From the NCBI GenBank assembly GCA_965662895.1, contig CBFIJH010000001.1, positions 164,436 to 228,435 of the forward strand: 64,000 nt of DNA. The letters are read 5' to 3'. Made by a program: the position numbers and the translations under genes. Shown piece after piece: positions 38,537 through 48,868 of this stretch; positions within the stretch are counted from its first letter, which is position 1, and every line of letters begins with the position of its first letter. The notes beneath the pieces were generated by a model. It saw only the letters and a program-made list of their open reading frames with translations, made no database searches and was not told the origin of the DNA. This DNA comes from Candidatus Poseidoniaceae archaeon. GTDB lineage: Archaea > Thermoplasmatota > Poseidoniia > Poseidoniales > Poseidoniaceae.

Positions 38537-40890
38537 GACTCATTGACCAATTCAGCATCCAAAACTGGTTGCGCACCGATGACGCCCGCTCGCTTGAACA
38601 GGGCATAGATGATCCACCCAATTCCGACATTGAGGCCAATGAATCCTGCCATACGACCAATGTACCAACTCGTGCCGTTTGGGTCGGGAACAAGTGTATC
38701 AATAAACGAGAGGATACTTGATTCCGTACCAAAGAACGCCTCTCCGGTTAACAGCCCTGCAGCAACCATGAATGTGCTTAGCAAAATGAGTGCTCGCTTC
38801 TTTTCAGCTGCACTTGCACCTTCTTCTTGCTTGATCGCCTCAATCTTTGGCTTGAGTTTCTTTTCTTCCCACTTGTCTCTGCTGTACCCACCGATAAGCA
38901 TAGGAAGTGTGTGCGGAACATCGAGGTACATACCAAGGCCAAATGAAGTACCCATTCCCGTCACCCACTCAACAAACATACCAAGAAGGAAACCGAGACC
39001 AAGGAGATACAGGTCGCCTTGACCCTCTGCAAAAATAACCGAGAAGGTTGCGAACGCATTGGCTTGTGGAGCAATCAAGTCGATTCTTCCTTCCGCCAAT
39101 TGAATGGAAAGGAAGATGGCGACTGCAGCACCAATAATCGCTCCTGGGACAACACCCATGATGTTTCCTTTCGAAATGTGGTAAGGACGATTACCGATGT
39201 ACAAGCTGTTCTTGTAATCACCAATGACCGTTCCTGACATCGAAATCGCAGAACCAAAGACCGTGGTTCCAACGAGTCCGAGAAGGACCGCATCTTGCTT
39301 GTTCAAGCCAAGGGCAGCATCAAAGTTGAGGAAGATACCTAACAGCATGAGCAGAACGATGAATGAAGTCCCTGAGACAGGCTCGATGCCTGTTTCACCC
39401 ATAACACGGACGGCGATTGCACCCAGCAAGAAAGTGGTCATGATGAGGACGGTTGCGAAAATGAATGCGGCTGCAATCGGGAATCCACCGAACCAGAAAA
39501 TCAGAATCATTGAAAGGAAGGTGAGTCCCATGAAGATAGGAATATGCATCAATGGCCACTCGTACCATCCTTTTCCTTCCATGTATTCTTGGGAACCTTC
39601 GCCCTTGAACGCGGCACCAATGTCCTTGAAGATGTTCGCAAAGGTTCGCCACATTTTGGCAAGACCAAACATTCCACCACCAACGATTGAGCCTATGGCG
39701 ATGGTTCGTACCGTCTTGGAAAAGGCGATCATTTGCAGTGCTTGTCCACCTTCACTTGCATACGATTGAATCGGAACGTTGGCTTGCATGGTTGCATCAT
39801 AGACTGGGAAGTTGCTGAAGACAGCCAATGGGACCAGGAAGAACCAACCTACAAGCGTACCAAGGTTGACCAAGAAAGCCACTCGCGTCTTCATAAACCA
39901 GCCAATCGCGAACATCGACGGTGTCAAAGCAACGCCGACGTAGGTGTAGGCAAAGGGGTTCCAGGCACTATCTTCCGACCATTGCGTGTATTTCTTTGAT
40001 GAACCATCTTCGTAGATTCCAGATGGTTGGTGGATTTTTCCAGCACTGTAGAACGATGCAAGACCAACGTCACCGACATGAAGCGTCTCGGCGAGATAAT
40101 CCATGACAGACAGTTTCTTGTCCGAAAGCCAGATCAGAGGATATTCAATCAAGAACATACCAATCATGGTAATACCCGTCCATAACCCAATGGTTTTCAA
40201 CGATTCACGCGCATGTTCAACTGCGCCTGTGTTGACGTCAGAAGCGATATCCAGCATCTTCAGCGTCGCCTCAAATCCGGGGAGTGGTAGTGGATCTTCG
40301 ACGAGCCAAACACGCCTAAAAATGATGAAGTACATCACCCCAAGGAAACCAGCAAACATCGAAGCAACAATTGCGATAAATGCAAGTCTGAACGCTTCAC
40401 CATCTTCCAACGTAATCAAGGGACCATCGGCCAGTGAATACTGTGCTTTTGATGCCAACAGGAAAATAGCAGGGAATGTGAAAATGAATCCTGTTGAAGC
40501 GTGCGTTGCACCGGTTGTAGCCGAAGTAGCAATGTTCACTTCAGATGGCGACCACTTCAATGCCATTCCCAACAGGTATGCGATGTACCATGCTGCTGAG
40601 ATGGCGAGCCCGAGCTTCAAACCGATGTAAGCGGTTACACCTGAAAAGATAGCACCGATAGCAATACCGATCATCACTTTTGATGGAGACCAATGCGATA
40701 CTTCGAAGGATTCATCGAGATTTTTTTCTTCAAGATATTGTTCCAAAACACCCGTATTGAGGTTGTTGTACATCTCGTCATCGAGCCACGTGAGCGTACC
40801 ATCTTCAATGGCCTTGAGACCTTTTGCTGTGACCGGTTGACGGTATGCTGAGCGTTGAACGGTTGAGCCCGATGAAGATTTCTCATCCAT
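38533..40890 (-). CDS. OPT-family oligopeptide transporter
   Basis: YIGLKLGL, LPLPG, GETGIEPVSG, APQANA and FGLGMYL. Confidence 0.9.
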   Translation of the reverse strand: MDEKSSSGSTVQRSAYRQPVTAKGLKAIEDGTLTWLDDEMYNNLNTGVLEQYLEEKNLDESFEVSHWSPSKVMIGIAIGAIFSGVTAYIGLKLGLAISAAWYIAYLLGMALKWSPSEVNIATSATTGATHASTGFIFTFPAIFLLASKAQYSLADGPLITLEDGEAFRLAFIAIVASMFAGFLGVMYFIIFRRVWLVEDPLPLPGFEATLKMLDIASDVNTGAVEHARESLKTIGLWTGITMIGMFLIEYPLIWLSDKKLSVMDYLAETLHVGDVGLASFYSAGKIHQPSGIYEDGSSKKYTQWSEDSAWNPFAYTYVGVALTPSMFAIGWFMKTRVAFLVNLGTLVGWFFLVPLAVFSNFPVYDATMQANVPIQSYASEGGQALQMIAFSKTVRTIAIGSIVGGGMFGLAKMWRTFANIFKDIGAAFKGEGSQEYMEGKGWYEWPLMHIPIFMGLTFLSMILIFWFGGFPIAAAFIFATVLIMTTFLLGAIAVRVMGETGIEPVSGTSFIVLLMLLGIFLNFDAALGLNKQDAVLLGLVGTTVFGSAISMSGTVIGDYKNSLYIGNRPYHISKGNIMGVVPGAIIGAAVAIFLSIQLAEGRIDLIAPQANAFATFSVIFAEGQGDLYLLGLGFLLGMFVEWVTGMGTSFGLGMYLDVPHTLPMLIGGYSRDKWEEKKLKPKIEAIKQEEGASAAEKKRALILLSTFMVAAGLLTGEAFFGTESSILSFIDTLVPDPNGTSWYIGRMAGFIGLNVGIGWIIYALFKRAGVIGAQPVLDAELVNES

Positions 40891-41006
40891 AGTGTGCACT
40901 CCCAGATGTTTCTTGCTGTCGCGGGCACTTGAATACAGTTGCCCTCCATAATTTCCAATTTCCTCTATCGAGAAGGGTTTATTCCTATCTACAATGATGG
41001 CTTCCT

Positions 41007-41465
41007 ATGAGCGAGACACCGGGCGAGGCGAAGTTGACCCGATTAGGGGCACAGGATTTGAACGATGATGGACGGGTCATCAATCTCGTCATTGCAGGCT
41101 CCAGCCGTTTTTACGATTACTCAGTCATCGAAGAAATATTGGATCAATGGATTGAGATTGAGGACTATCCAGATCTGATTGTTGTTGGCGGAGCAAGTGG
41201 CGTGGATTATCTTGCAGAACGATGGGCTACAAACAACAACATCGAGGTTGTGATGTTCTCAGAGTTCTGGGATAAACCACGACCAGGCTTGGAAGATTCT
41301 GGTCGAAGCGAAGCTCCACTCGAACTGACAGAGAAACTTCTTGAGGCAGCAACACACGTTCTAGCATTCTTGAGTAAGGAAAGCAAATGGACCAAGGTGG
41401 TTGCAGATGAAGCACATCAGCGAGGCATACCGACATACGTCCATCATTTGGACGAATCAGATTGA
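41007..41465 (+). CDS. SLOG family protein (DUF2493/YspA-like)
   Basis: VIAGSSRFYDY and VGGASGVDYLAERWA. Confidence 0.75.
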   Translation: MSETPGEAKLTRLGAQDLNDDGRVINLVIAGSSRFYDYSVIEEILDQWIEIEDYPDLIVVGGASGVDYLAERWATNNNIEVVMFSEFWDKPRPGLEDSGRSEAPLELTEKLLEAATHVLAFLSKESKWTKVVADEAHQRGIPTYVHHLDESD

Positions 41466-42166
41466 GACTTTTTGAGAAGGCGAGCAGGGATTCCGGCCCA
41501 AGTCTCACCGTCTGGAATCACCTTACGTTTCGGCAAAACAGCTCGATAAGCGAGGATGCAATCTTCGCCGATTCTCGAACCCGGTCCAACCATGGTTGCC
41601 CCACCGATCGTTGAATTCTTCCCGATGATGACCTTCTCGAGGACGATGTTGCCGTGTTCGACGAGATGTCCGTTGATGGTCGCTCCACCTCCAATCACGA
41701 CGTTATCGCCCAGCTCGACCAATGAAGGGTCGTTGATTGTAACAGTGTTGATGTTGACATTTTTTCCAATTTTACAGCCTGCTAAGCGATAGTAGGCATT
41801 CGCAAAAAATGAAGGTACAATATGAGTTAGAAACGGTTGTGTTGCTCGATGGAGTTGGCCACAAATAGCCCAACGTATTGTTGTCAATGATGCGAGGGGG
41901 GCAACAATCCGGTCGTTGAGACGCATCCGAATCACGAATTGCAATGTACCTGACAACAACAAAAGAAACATTCCCCAGGTCAAGAACGCAATCGAAGCAG
42001 AGAATCCAATCAGAAGCAAGTCTGGCCAACTTTTGTCATTCGGGCCGAATGATGTCAACGCATCAAAAACGTAGATTGCTGGTGCAATCGGCAAGCCCCA
42101 GACAATACCCATCAAGAGAATCATCAGTACTGAAAGAATTGCTTGAATCTGTGTAAAGCCACGCAT
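41444..42166 (-). CDS. membrane-anchored hexapeptide-repeat acyltransferase-like protein
   Basis: Two TM helices followed by KIGKNV/ELGDNVVIG/IGKNSTIG left-handed beta-helix repeats. Start could be 42190. Confidence 0.8.
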   Translation of the reverse strand: MRGFTQIQAILSVLMILLMGIVWGLPIAPAIYVFDALTSFGPNDKSWPDLLLIGFSASIAFLTWGMFLLLLSGTLQFVIRMRLNDRIVAPLASLTTIRWAICGQLHRATQPFLTHIVPSFFANAYYRLAGCKIGKNVNINTVTINDPSLVELGDNVVIGGGATINGHLVEHGNIVLEKVIIGKNSTIGGATMVGPGSRIGEDCILAYRAVLPKRKVIPDGETWAGIPARLLKKSQSDSSK

Positions 42167-42179
42167 GGCCAAAACCCCA

Positions 42180-44198
42180 TCATGCATCATTCTTTGCTGC
42201 GGCTTCAGCACGTGCTCGTGCATCCTCTTCTTCTGCAACACGAATGCCTTCCTCAAGATCAACACGACTGGTGAGATAGGTTCCTGCGAGAATGACAATG
42301 GTAATCGTCAGAATTGCAACACGACTATCAAAGACTGAACTCGCAATACCGTACAGGAACGTTCCAATCATGGCCGCAGACTTTCCAAGGAATCCAAAGA
42401 AGCCAAAGAACTCTGAAGTTCGTGTTTCCGGAACGAGTTGTGAGAACATCGAACGAGCCTGTGCTCCTGCACTGCCCATCGCAACACCAACAAACATGCC
42501 GAGAATAATCCATTGCAAGGAAACACTGATGTTCAGTGGATCCCAAACATTGTCTCGCATGAACGTAGCCCAGCCATCAGCAGGACCACCTTGATCGACG
42601 ACGGTTGGATGACGGTCACCGAGTTCGGCCTCTCCCCCGACAGGTCCACCGACAAACAGAATCGAGAATCGATGGTCGCTGGTGTTGTTAAACGCATTTG
42701 CAAGTGAAGCGGCATCGGTTTCACCGATTTGCAAGACCTCATCTTCTGTGGTTTCCTTCTGTCCTGCGAGATACGTCGACGCGAAGATGGCAATGGCGAC
42801 CATGGCAATCATGGCGAGTACACCCAACCATCCAAGTTCCTTGCTTTGGATGAACATAATCCCTCCACCGAGAATCGCAACGAAGGCAAGTATGACAACA
42901 CAGACAATTAGCCCAGTGGCAATGGTGCTCTCACCCTTGTCCCCAACGCTGTAGTCAGGCTCAGGGAAGTATTCTTGGAAATTGTCTCGGAATGCTGCAT
43001 CACCTTTTGCAGTTTCTCCAATCCATCCTTCGTATCCACGATCGTACAGCGTTGACATGTTGTAACTGCTCGATGCCTCATCCCACGTGAAGGTGAAATC
43101 ATAGCGTTCAGCATCATCCGGCGTTCCATCATTGTCTTCATCTGCCGTTGGGTCCAACTCAAGCGGAGCGAAGCCTGCAGCGGTTACAGCGACGAAACAG
43201 TAGATGAGCAGCGCAAGCATCAGAGCAAATTTGGTTCCTTTCACGTCAGCAAGCTTTCCAAACACCAAGGTCATTGGAATCGCAACGACGTTTACAGTGA
43301 GCAGAAGAATAACGTTCATACTCGGGTTGAGTCGTAGAACAGATTCTCCAAACGCACTGGCCATACTTGCAATCGTGTTGACACCGTCATAAAACAGGAG
43401 ATAAGCAAGAAGGAAGAATGCGAGCACCTTGAATCGCTTCACTTCTCGGAATGTTTGCAGAACCTGGCCGTACGCCATCTTCGTTGCTTTTCCAAATCCT
43501 TCCCATTCCATTTCAGATGGAATCTCAGGTTCCGGCGTCCACTTGAAAATGAGTGCTCCAAAGCCCCACCACCAAATCGAAGATGTTGCGAAAATAATCG
43601 CCATTTGGAAATTTGTATCCCATGATGTGCCCAACAGGACGATGAGGTGGAAAATGAGCAGCAAAGAACCGCCAATGAACCCATAAGCATAGCCCCATGT
43701 CGATACGTGATCTTGACACTTTCGGGGAGCAAGATAGGGCATGAAGGAATAGTAGATGACGTTACCACCCGTAAACCCAATCGTACCGATGGTGTACATG
43801 AGCGCCAAGATGATGTATCCTTGTGAACCGAAATACGGTGCAGCTCCCATCAATGCTGTGAACAATATACCCGCCACAGTGTACCATTTGAGCAATTTTT
43901 TCTTAATCGGCATTTTGTCAGCGATGACACCCAAGGCAGGTGCAGTAATCACAACGAAAATCATCGAAAAGGTCAGCACCCAAGCATAGAAAGTGTCACC
44001 TGATTGCGTACCTGTTGCCGTGTTGTACAGTGCTGCCATCAATGCTGGAGCGATGACCGTCATAACGGTGAGCGCATAGGCTTGGTTTGCCCAGTCGAAG
44101 AAATACCAGCCTTTGAGAGCCTTTTTGTCATCATCGCTCATTGCCGACATGATTTCTTTGGTCGTGCGCAATTCTTCTGAAGTTGCCATCTCGCTCAT
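42180..44198 (-). CDS. MFS transporter, ATG22/UMF1 family, with large insertion
   Basis: WYFFDWANQAY, LFYDGVNT and RSMFSQLVP..SEFFGF. Confidence 0.88.
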   Translation of the reverse strand: MSEMATSEELRTTKEIMSAMSDDDKKALKGWYFFDWANQAYALTVMTVIAPALMAALYNTATGTQSGDTFYAWVLTFSMIFVVITAPALGVIADKMPIKKKLLKWYTVAGILFTALMGAAPYFGSQGYIILALMYTIGTIGFTGGNVIYYSFMPYLAPRKCQDHVSTWGYAYGFIGGSLLLIFHLIVLLGTSWDTNFQMAIIFATSSIWWWGFGALIFKWTPEPEIPSEMEWEGFGKATKMAYGQVLQTFREVKRFKVLAFFLLAYLLFYDGVNTIASMASAFGESVLRLNPSMNVILLLTVNVVAIPMTLVFGKLADVKGTKFALMLALLIYCFVAVTAAGFAPLELDPTADEDNDGTPDDAERYDFTFTWDEASSSYNMSTLYDRGYEGWIGETAKGDAAFRDNFQEYFPEPDYSVGDKGESTIATGLIVCVVILAFVAILGGGIMFIQSKELGWLGVLAMIAMVAIAIFASTYLAGQKETTEDEVLQIGETDAASLANAFNNTSDHRFSILFVGGPVGGEAELGDRHPTVVDQGGPADGWATFMRDNVWDPLNISVSLQWIILGMFVGVAMGSAGAQARSMFSQLVPETRTSEFFGFFGFLGKSAAMIGTFLYGIASSVFDSRVAILTITIVILAGTYLTSRVDLEEGIRVAEEEDARARAEAAAKNDA

Positions 44199-44319
44199 CG
44201 TATCACTATCTACTCCATGTTCAACTTGGTTTATCAAGACAACACCTGCATGGAATTGACCACGATGCATTTGGAAGGATACGACAAATGTTCAAACGCA
44301 TGGTTCTACAGGGTCGTGT

Positions 44320-45315
44320 ATGACCAAAGAATTTCCGAGGATTATGGTAACAGGCTGCACTGGTTTCCTTGGACGTCAAGTCACGCAGGAGTTTCTTACC
44401 CGTGGCTACAAGGTCCGTGGCACAACACGAACGACCAAGGACAAACACCAATCCATTCTTGAAGATTTTTCGGCAGGAGATTCTTTCGAATTACGAACGC
44501 TTGATCTTACCTCGGATGCTGGATGGGAAGAAGCAATGGATGGGATTGATGCTGTTGTTCACACAGCATCTCCGTTCTCTGCCTATGAGCCAAAAGATGA
44601 GATGGAATTGATTGGACCAGCTCGAGATGGGACGCTGAGAGTTCTTGGTTTTGCGTACGATTCTGGAATACGTAAGTTCGTGATTACTTCATCAACGGCA
44701 GCAATATCAGGTGCAACACCGACAACAAAAAACCGTACCTACACGGAAGGGGATTGGACCGACCTGAGTAAGGATATCTCCGCTTATACAAAGAGCAAAA
44801 CACTTGCAGAAAAAGCAGCACGAAAATTCGCTTCCGAACACCAAGATGTTGCGTTAACGACCGTCAATCCAAACGTGATTTTTGGCCCACTTCACAGCGG
44901 TCAATCGGGAACATCGTTGCGAATCATTGAATCGATTGTCAAAAGCTCCTATCCGGGTTTTCCAAAAATTAGTTTTGCACCTGTTGATGTGCGTGATGTG
45001 GCATGGATGCATGCAGAGGCATTGGAGCGAAGCGAATTGGATGGTGAACGCTTGATGATGGCAACCACACCGATCACGATGCCGCAAATAGCTCGACACT
45101 TGAAATCGAATGGCTACAAAGTTCGAACCCTTGCCCTGCCAAATATCATCGTCAAGGCCATGGCCATCTTCATCAAAGAGGCTCGATTGGTCACAATGGG
45201 GTTGGGGACAACCAATCATTACGATTGTTCAAACATCATCGAAAAAACAGGATGGAAGTCAAAAAGCCACGAGGAAATGATTGTCTCAGCGGCAAAATCG
45301 CTCGGGTTTCAATGA
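44320..45315 (+). CDS. NAD-dependent epimerase/aldehyde reductase (extended SDR)
   Basis: TGCTGFLG, HTASP and YTKSK. Confidence 0.9.
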   Translation: MTKEFPRIMVTGCTGFLGRQVTQEFLTRGYKVRGTTRTTKDKHQSILEDFSAGDSFELRTLDLTSDAGWEEAMDGIDAVVHTASPFSAYEPKDEMELIGPARDGTLRVLGFAYDSGIRKFVITSSTAAISGATPTTKNRTYTEGDWTDLSKDISAYTKSKTLAEKAARKFASEHQDVALTTVNPNVIFGPLHSGQSGTSLRIIESIVKSSYPGFPKISFAPVDVRDVAWMHAEALERSELDGERLMMATTPITMPQIARHLKSNGYKVRTLALPNIIVKAMAIFIKEARLVTMGLGTTNHYDCSNIIEKTGWKSKSHEEMIVSAAKSLGFQ

Positions 45316-45704
45316 TCTCGAATGATGATGTATCGGCCGAGTGCTTCCTGCCACATGATTTTCTGGCCAGCATCGATTGACATACCGCTGTCACTGTCTG
45401 GCATAGGAAGAATCATCATCGAATAGTCTCGGTCATTCATGGCGTGAACTTCGCTACCTTCGATGTGTGTGACCGTTGCGGTACCCTTCTCAATCATGGG
45501 TACGCTGATTGAATCTGTCACCGTACCAACGTGGGAGATTTTCTTGCCCGTAAAGATGCTCTCAAGAGCAAGTCGTGCTTTCGCTGAACCGTGCTTGCCT
45601 GGCTTTGATTTCGAGATGCTCAAAATCTTGTAGGCTTCATCATCAACAACACAAAATCGTCCAACTTTTAGCGTTCGAATCTCAACACGGTCGGTTCCTG
45701 GCAT
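45309..45704 (-). CDS. eif5a: translation factor aIF5A
   Basis: Hypusine-site motif SKPGKHGSAK. Confidence 0.95.
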   Translation of the reverse strand: MPGTDRVEIRTLKVGRFCVVDDEAYKILSISKSKPGKHGSAKARLALESIFTGKKISHVGTVTDSISVPMIEKGTATVTHIEGSEVHAMNDRDYSMMILPMPDSDSGMSIDAGQKIMWQEALGRYIIIRDH

Positions 45705-45757
45705 GAACCTACGCTGAGGTGGTGGCTTATGACAGTTCGGTTCACCGTATTCGGATT

Positions 45758-46501
45758 TCACAAATCCCTTACATCAAATCGATGTCCTGATTGCTCGAAC
45801 GTGTGGTGAACAATCAGGTTGTGCAACTGATCAGCAACATCCTCAGGATTGGTCAGTTGTCCATCCCGATGATATCCCGCAAACGATTCAACCAATGGAA
45901 AATCTTCAATGTTTGAGGATCGAATTTCAATTTGCATATCGGTATCGACGATGCCTGGTGCGATGGCTACGGAGGTAATTCCATGCTTCGCACCTTCCTC
46001 TGCAAGGCATCTTGACCACATATCGAGCCCTGCTTTTGAGACGCAGTAGGCCGACCACGAGTGAAGCGGGCGTAATGCTGCTCCGCTCGAAATGGTTGTC
46101 ACACGGCAATGCTTCGAGGCCTTCATCTGCTCATAGATTCCTTGGGTCAAACGTTGTACTCCGATGACGTTAACGTACAAACTACGTTCCCATTCGGAAT
46201 TGTCCGCATCTTGAAGCGGTTGAATCGGTGAAATGATTCCCGCATTGTGGACAACACCGTCGATTGCACCAACTTGTTGCAAGGATTCAATTGCGGCATC
46301 AATCGAATCCGCATGACCCAAATCACAACCGACAAAGAACGATGATGGTGAAATCGACTGAACCTCCTCGCATGCAAGCTTCAGAAGAGGTGAGGAACGG
46401 GCAAGCAAAATGACCTGAATCCCTTCTTCAGCCAATCGCTTTGCAATCGCTCGTCCAATACCCTTTGAAGCACCGGTTACAAGGTAGGTTCTGTTGCCCA
46501 T
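45758..46501 (-). CDS. short-chain dehydrogenase (benzil/sepiapterin reductase-like)
   Basis: TGASKGIG, HNAG, ISSGAA, YCVSK and PGIVDTDMQ. Confidence 0.9.
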   Translation of the reverse strand: MGNRTYLVTGASKGIGRAIAKRLAEEGIQVILLARSSPLLKLACEEVQSISPSSFFVGCDLGHADSIDAAIESLQQVGAIDGVVHNAGIISPIQPLQDADNSEWERSLYVNVIGVQRLTQGIYEQMKASKHCRVTTISSGAALRPLHSWSAYCVSKAGLDMWSRCLAEEGAKHGITSVAIAPGIVDTDMQIEIRSSNIEDFPLVESFAGYHRDGQLTNPEDVADQLHNLIVHHTFEQSGHRFDVRDL

Positions 46502-46570
46502 AAATCCAAGAGAGCAAGACGCCTAATCAGTATTGTTGAAAGCACTTTAGAAACAGGAGTATATTTACCA

Positions 46571-48868
46571 ATGCTCGAAGTTTCCTCTATGTTCGATTTA
46601 CCTGAACATCTTGCGGAAAGATGTCGTCAGGCCAACACGATTGAACAGATTCTAAGAGATGGCCCAATCATCGTTTGGTTGAAGTCGTCCCTTCGAACAC
46701 ACGAAAACCCTGCACTCGATGCTGGTCGACTTCTTGCCAATCAATACAATCTTCCTCTCCTTGTCTACCAAGCTGTCGATGAACGCTATCCGCATGCGAA
46801 TGCCCGTCACCACAATATTCTCTTCGATGCAGCCATCGATCTCTCCTCTGGTTGCCAAAAGTTGGGCATCGATTACGCACTTCACATAGCTCGGAAAGGT
46901 CATCGCCCCCCAGTTATGAAAGCGTTTGCAAAAACTGCAAGTGCAATCGTGACGGATCTGTTTCCTTTGCCCCCATGGAAAGATTGGGTTGATAAAATTG
47001 CATCCATAGCAACGTGTCCAGTGATTGAAATCGATTGCCATTGTGTTGTACCATTGCCAGTATTTGGAAAATCAATGGACCGACCATTCAGATATCGTGA
47101 TGCAACAAAAAAGTTGAGAAAGCGTCGAGTTGGTCAACCGTGGCCGTCACTCGACCTCGAGAAACCACTACGGTGGAACGGCCCTTTACCGTTTGAACAG
47201 GTCAACATCAGCGAATTGACCTCAATGGAACACCGGTTGGCATTGTTGCAACAGTGCGATATTGACATGTCTGTCCATCCGGTTTGGGACCAGCGAGGAG
47301 GTGAACGGGCTGCACTTGTGCGATGGCAGGAGTTCCTTGCAAAAGGAATCTCAGGATACGCACGTCGTAGGAACAATGCTGCGGACGCACAAGGAGTCTC
47401 TCGTCTCTCCATGGCCATCCATTATGGGATGATTTCAGTCATGAAAATCGTTCGAGAGGCGCACGAAGTCGGTACGAAAAGCGCGGAAAAGTTTCTCGAT
47501 GAATTGCTCATTTTTCGAGAACATGCGTGGCACCATGTTTACGCGAGAGATGAACCATATGGTTCTCACAATTTACCGAATTGGGCCCTCGAATCGTGGC
47601 AAGATACTGCAGATGACGTCCGAACCACGCTCCTCGAAAAAGACGACTTTGAACTCGGAGCGTCCCCAAACAAATTGTGGAATTTGTGTCAAACCTCATT
47701 GTATCGTCATGGTGAATTGCACAACAATCTTCGTATGACGTGGGGGAAGGCAACACCGCACTGGACCACCTCCCTTGAAGCATCTTTGAAAATGGGTCAG
47801 CACTTGAACGACAGATTCGCACTTGATGGAAGAGATCCGTCTTCCATTGCTGGCATTCATTGGTGTCACGGTTTGTTTGATCGGCCCTTTTTACCGCCCT
47901 TACCTGTCATGGGCGTTGTTCGGAAACGTGAACTAGCAACCCACCAGTCACGACTTGACATGGATGCCTACGAACGACATGTCATGCGAACTGCGTACAA
48001 TCAACAACGACCCTTTGTCATCGTAGGTGCTGGATATGCTGGCGCACGCTCTGCTCAAATTCTGAGCAATTATGGATACGATGTGCTCGTTCTCGACAAA
48101 GGGACAATTCCTGGAGGTCGCTCATCAACAAAACGACGTGAAGAAGGACTCTACAATCACGGATCGGATGTTCTTGGCGATGATGAAAACCTGTTCGCCG
48201 ATGCTGCGATTAACACGATGCTCGAAGGCATCGATGTTTGCTGCGAGACAACAATCACCTCCATCGAATCGCATCAGGACTGTGTTGTTCTTGAAGACGA
48301 GAGAGGATTCACGTGGGAAGCTGAAGCTGTGATTCTTACATGTCCAATACCGCAATTGCAACCAATTCTAGCAAACACCGTTCCACAAGAATGGAACGAC
48401 CATCCTTACATTTCAAATTGGACACTTATTTGCACGGGGAAAGAACACGTTCCTGAACAAATCATCAACTATGCAAGTGATTCTATAGAAGAAATCAGGA
48501 AGGGAGTACAAAAACCGGATTCGAATGTTCTGATCGTTCATATGACCAACGAATGGAGCAAGAGACATCTCGAACGTTCTAGAGACGAGGTTGTGGAATT
48601 GATTTTGAACGAACTCCAACCCATCCAATCGGATTGGTTTGAAAACGCTGGATTTCACGCTCATCGCTGGCGCTATTCACGACCGCTTACTCAGCCTGAG
48701 CGTATCCATCACGAACGAATCACATTTGCGGGAGATGCTTGGGCAGAACCCTTGGGAACCGTTGAGGGTGCGCTAAATTCCGCAGAATTCGCTGCTCTCG
48801 AATTGGTATGGAAAATCAATTATGCTCAGAATCGTCCATCAATATCAATGCAAACAACGTTGTTTTAG
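46571..48868 (+). CDS. class II CPD photolyase fused to renalase-like FAD oxidoreductase
   Basis: SRLS..HYG, ELHNNLRMTWGK, DGRDP; then VIVGAGYAG..DKG..GGR, HRWRY, AGD and VEGA..S. Confidence 0.85.
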   Translation: MLEVSSMFDLPEHLAERCRQANTIEQILRDGPIIVWLKSSLRTHENPALDAGRLLANQYNLPLLVYQAVDERYPHANARHHNILFDAAIDLSSGCQKLGIDYALHIARKGHRPPVMKAFAKTASAIVTDLFPLPPWKDWVDKIASIATCPVIEIDCHCVVPLPVFGKSMDRPFRYRDATKKLRKRRVGQPWPSLDLEKPLRWNGPLPFEQVNISELTSMEHRLALLQQCDIDMSVHPVWDQRGGERAALVRWQEFLAKGISGYARRRNNAADAQGVSRLSMAIHYGMISVMKIVREAHEVGTKSAEKFLDELLIFREHAWHHVYARDEPYGSHNLPNWALESWQDTADDVRTTLLEKDDFELGASPNKLWNLCQTSLYRHGELHNNLRMTWGKATPHWTTSLEASLKMGQHLNDRFALDGRDPSSIAGIHWCHGLFDRPFLPPLPVMGVVRKRELATHQSRLDMDAYERHVMRTAYNQQRPFVIVGAGYAGARSAQILSNYGYDVLVLDKGTIPGGRSSTKRREEGLYNHGSDVLGDDENLFADAAINTMLEGIDVCCETTITSIESHQDCVVLEDERGFTWEAEAVILTCPIPQLQPILANTVPQEWNDHPYISNWTLICTGKEHVPEQIINYASDSIEEIRKGVQKPDSNVLIVHMTNEWSKRHLERSRDEVVELILNELQPIQSDWFENAGFHAHRWRYSRPLTQPERIHHERITFAGDAWAEPLGTVEGALNSAEFAALELVWKINYAQNRPSISMQTTLF

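Noticed and set aside
29565-41465. Thoeris/Sir2-SLOG antiphage system
   Set aside because: The sirtuin is a canonical Zn-containing CobB, 11 kb from the SLOG gene, and there is no TIR or other defence partner.
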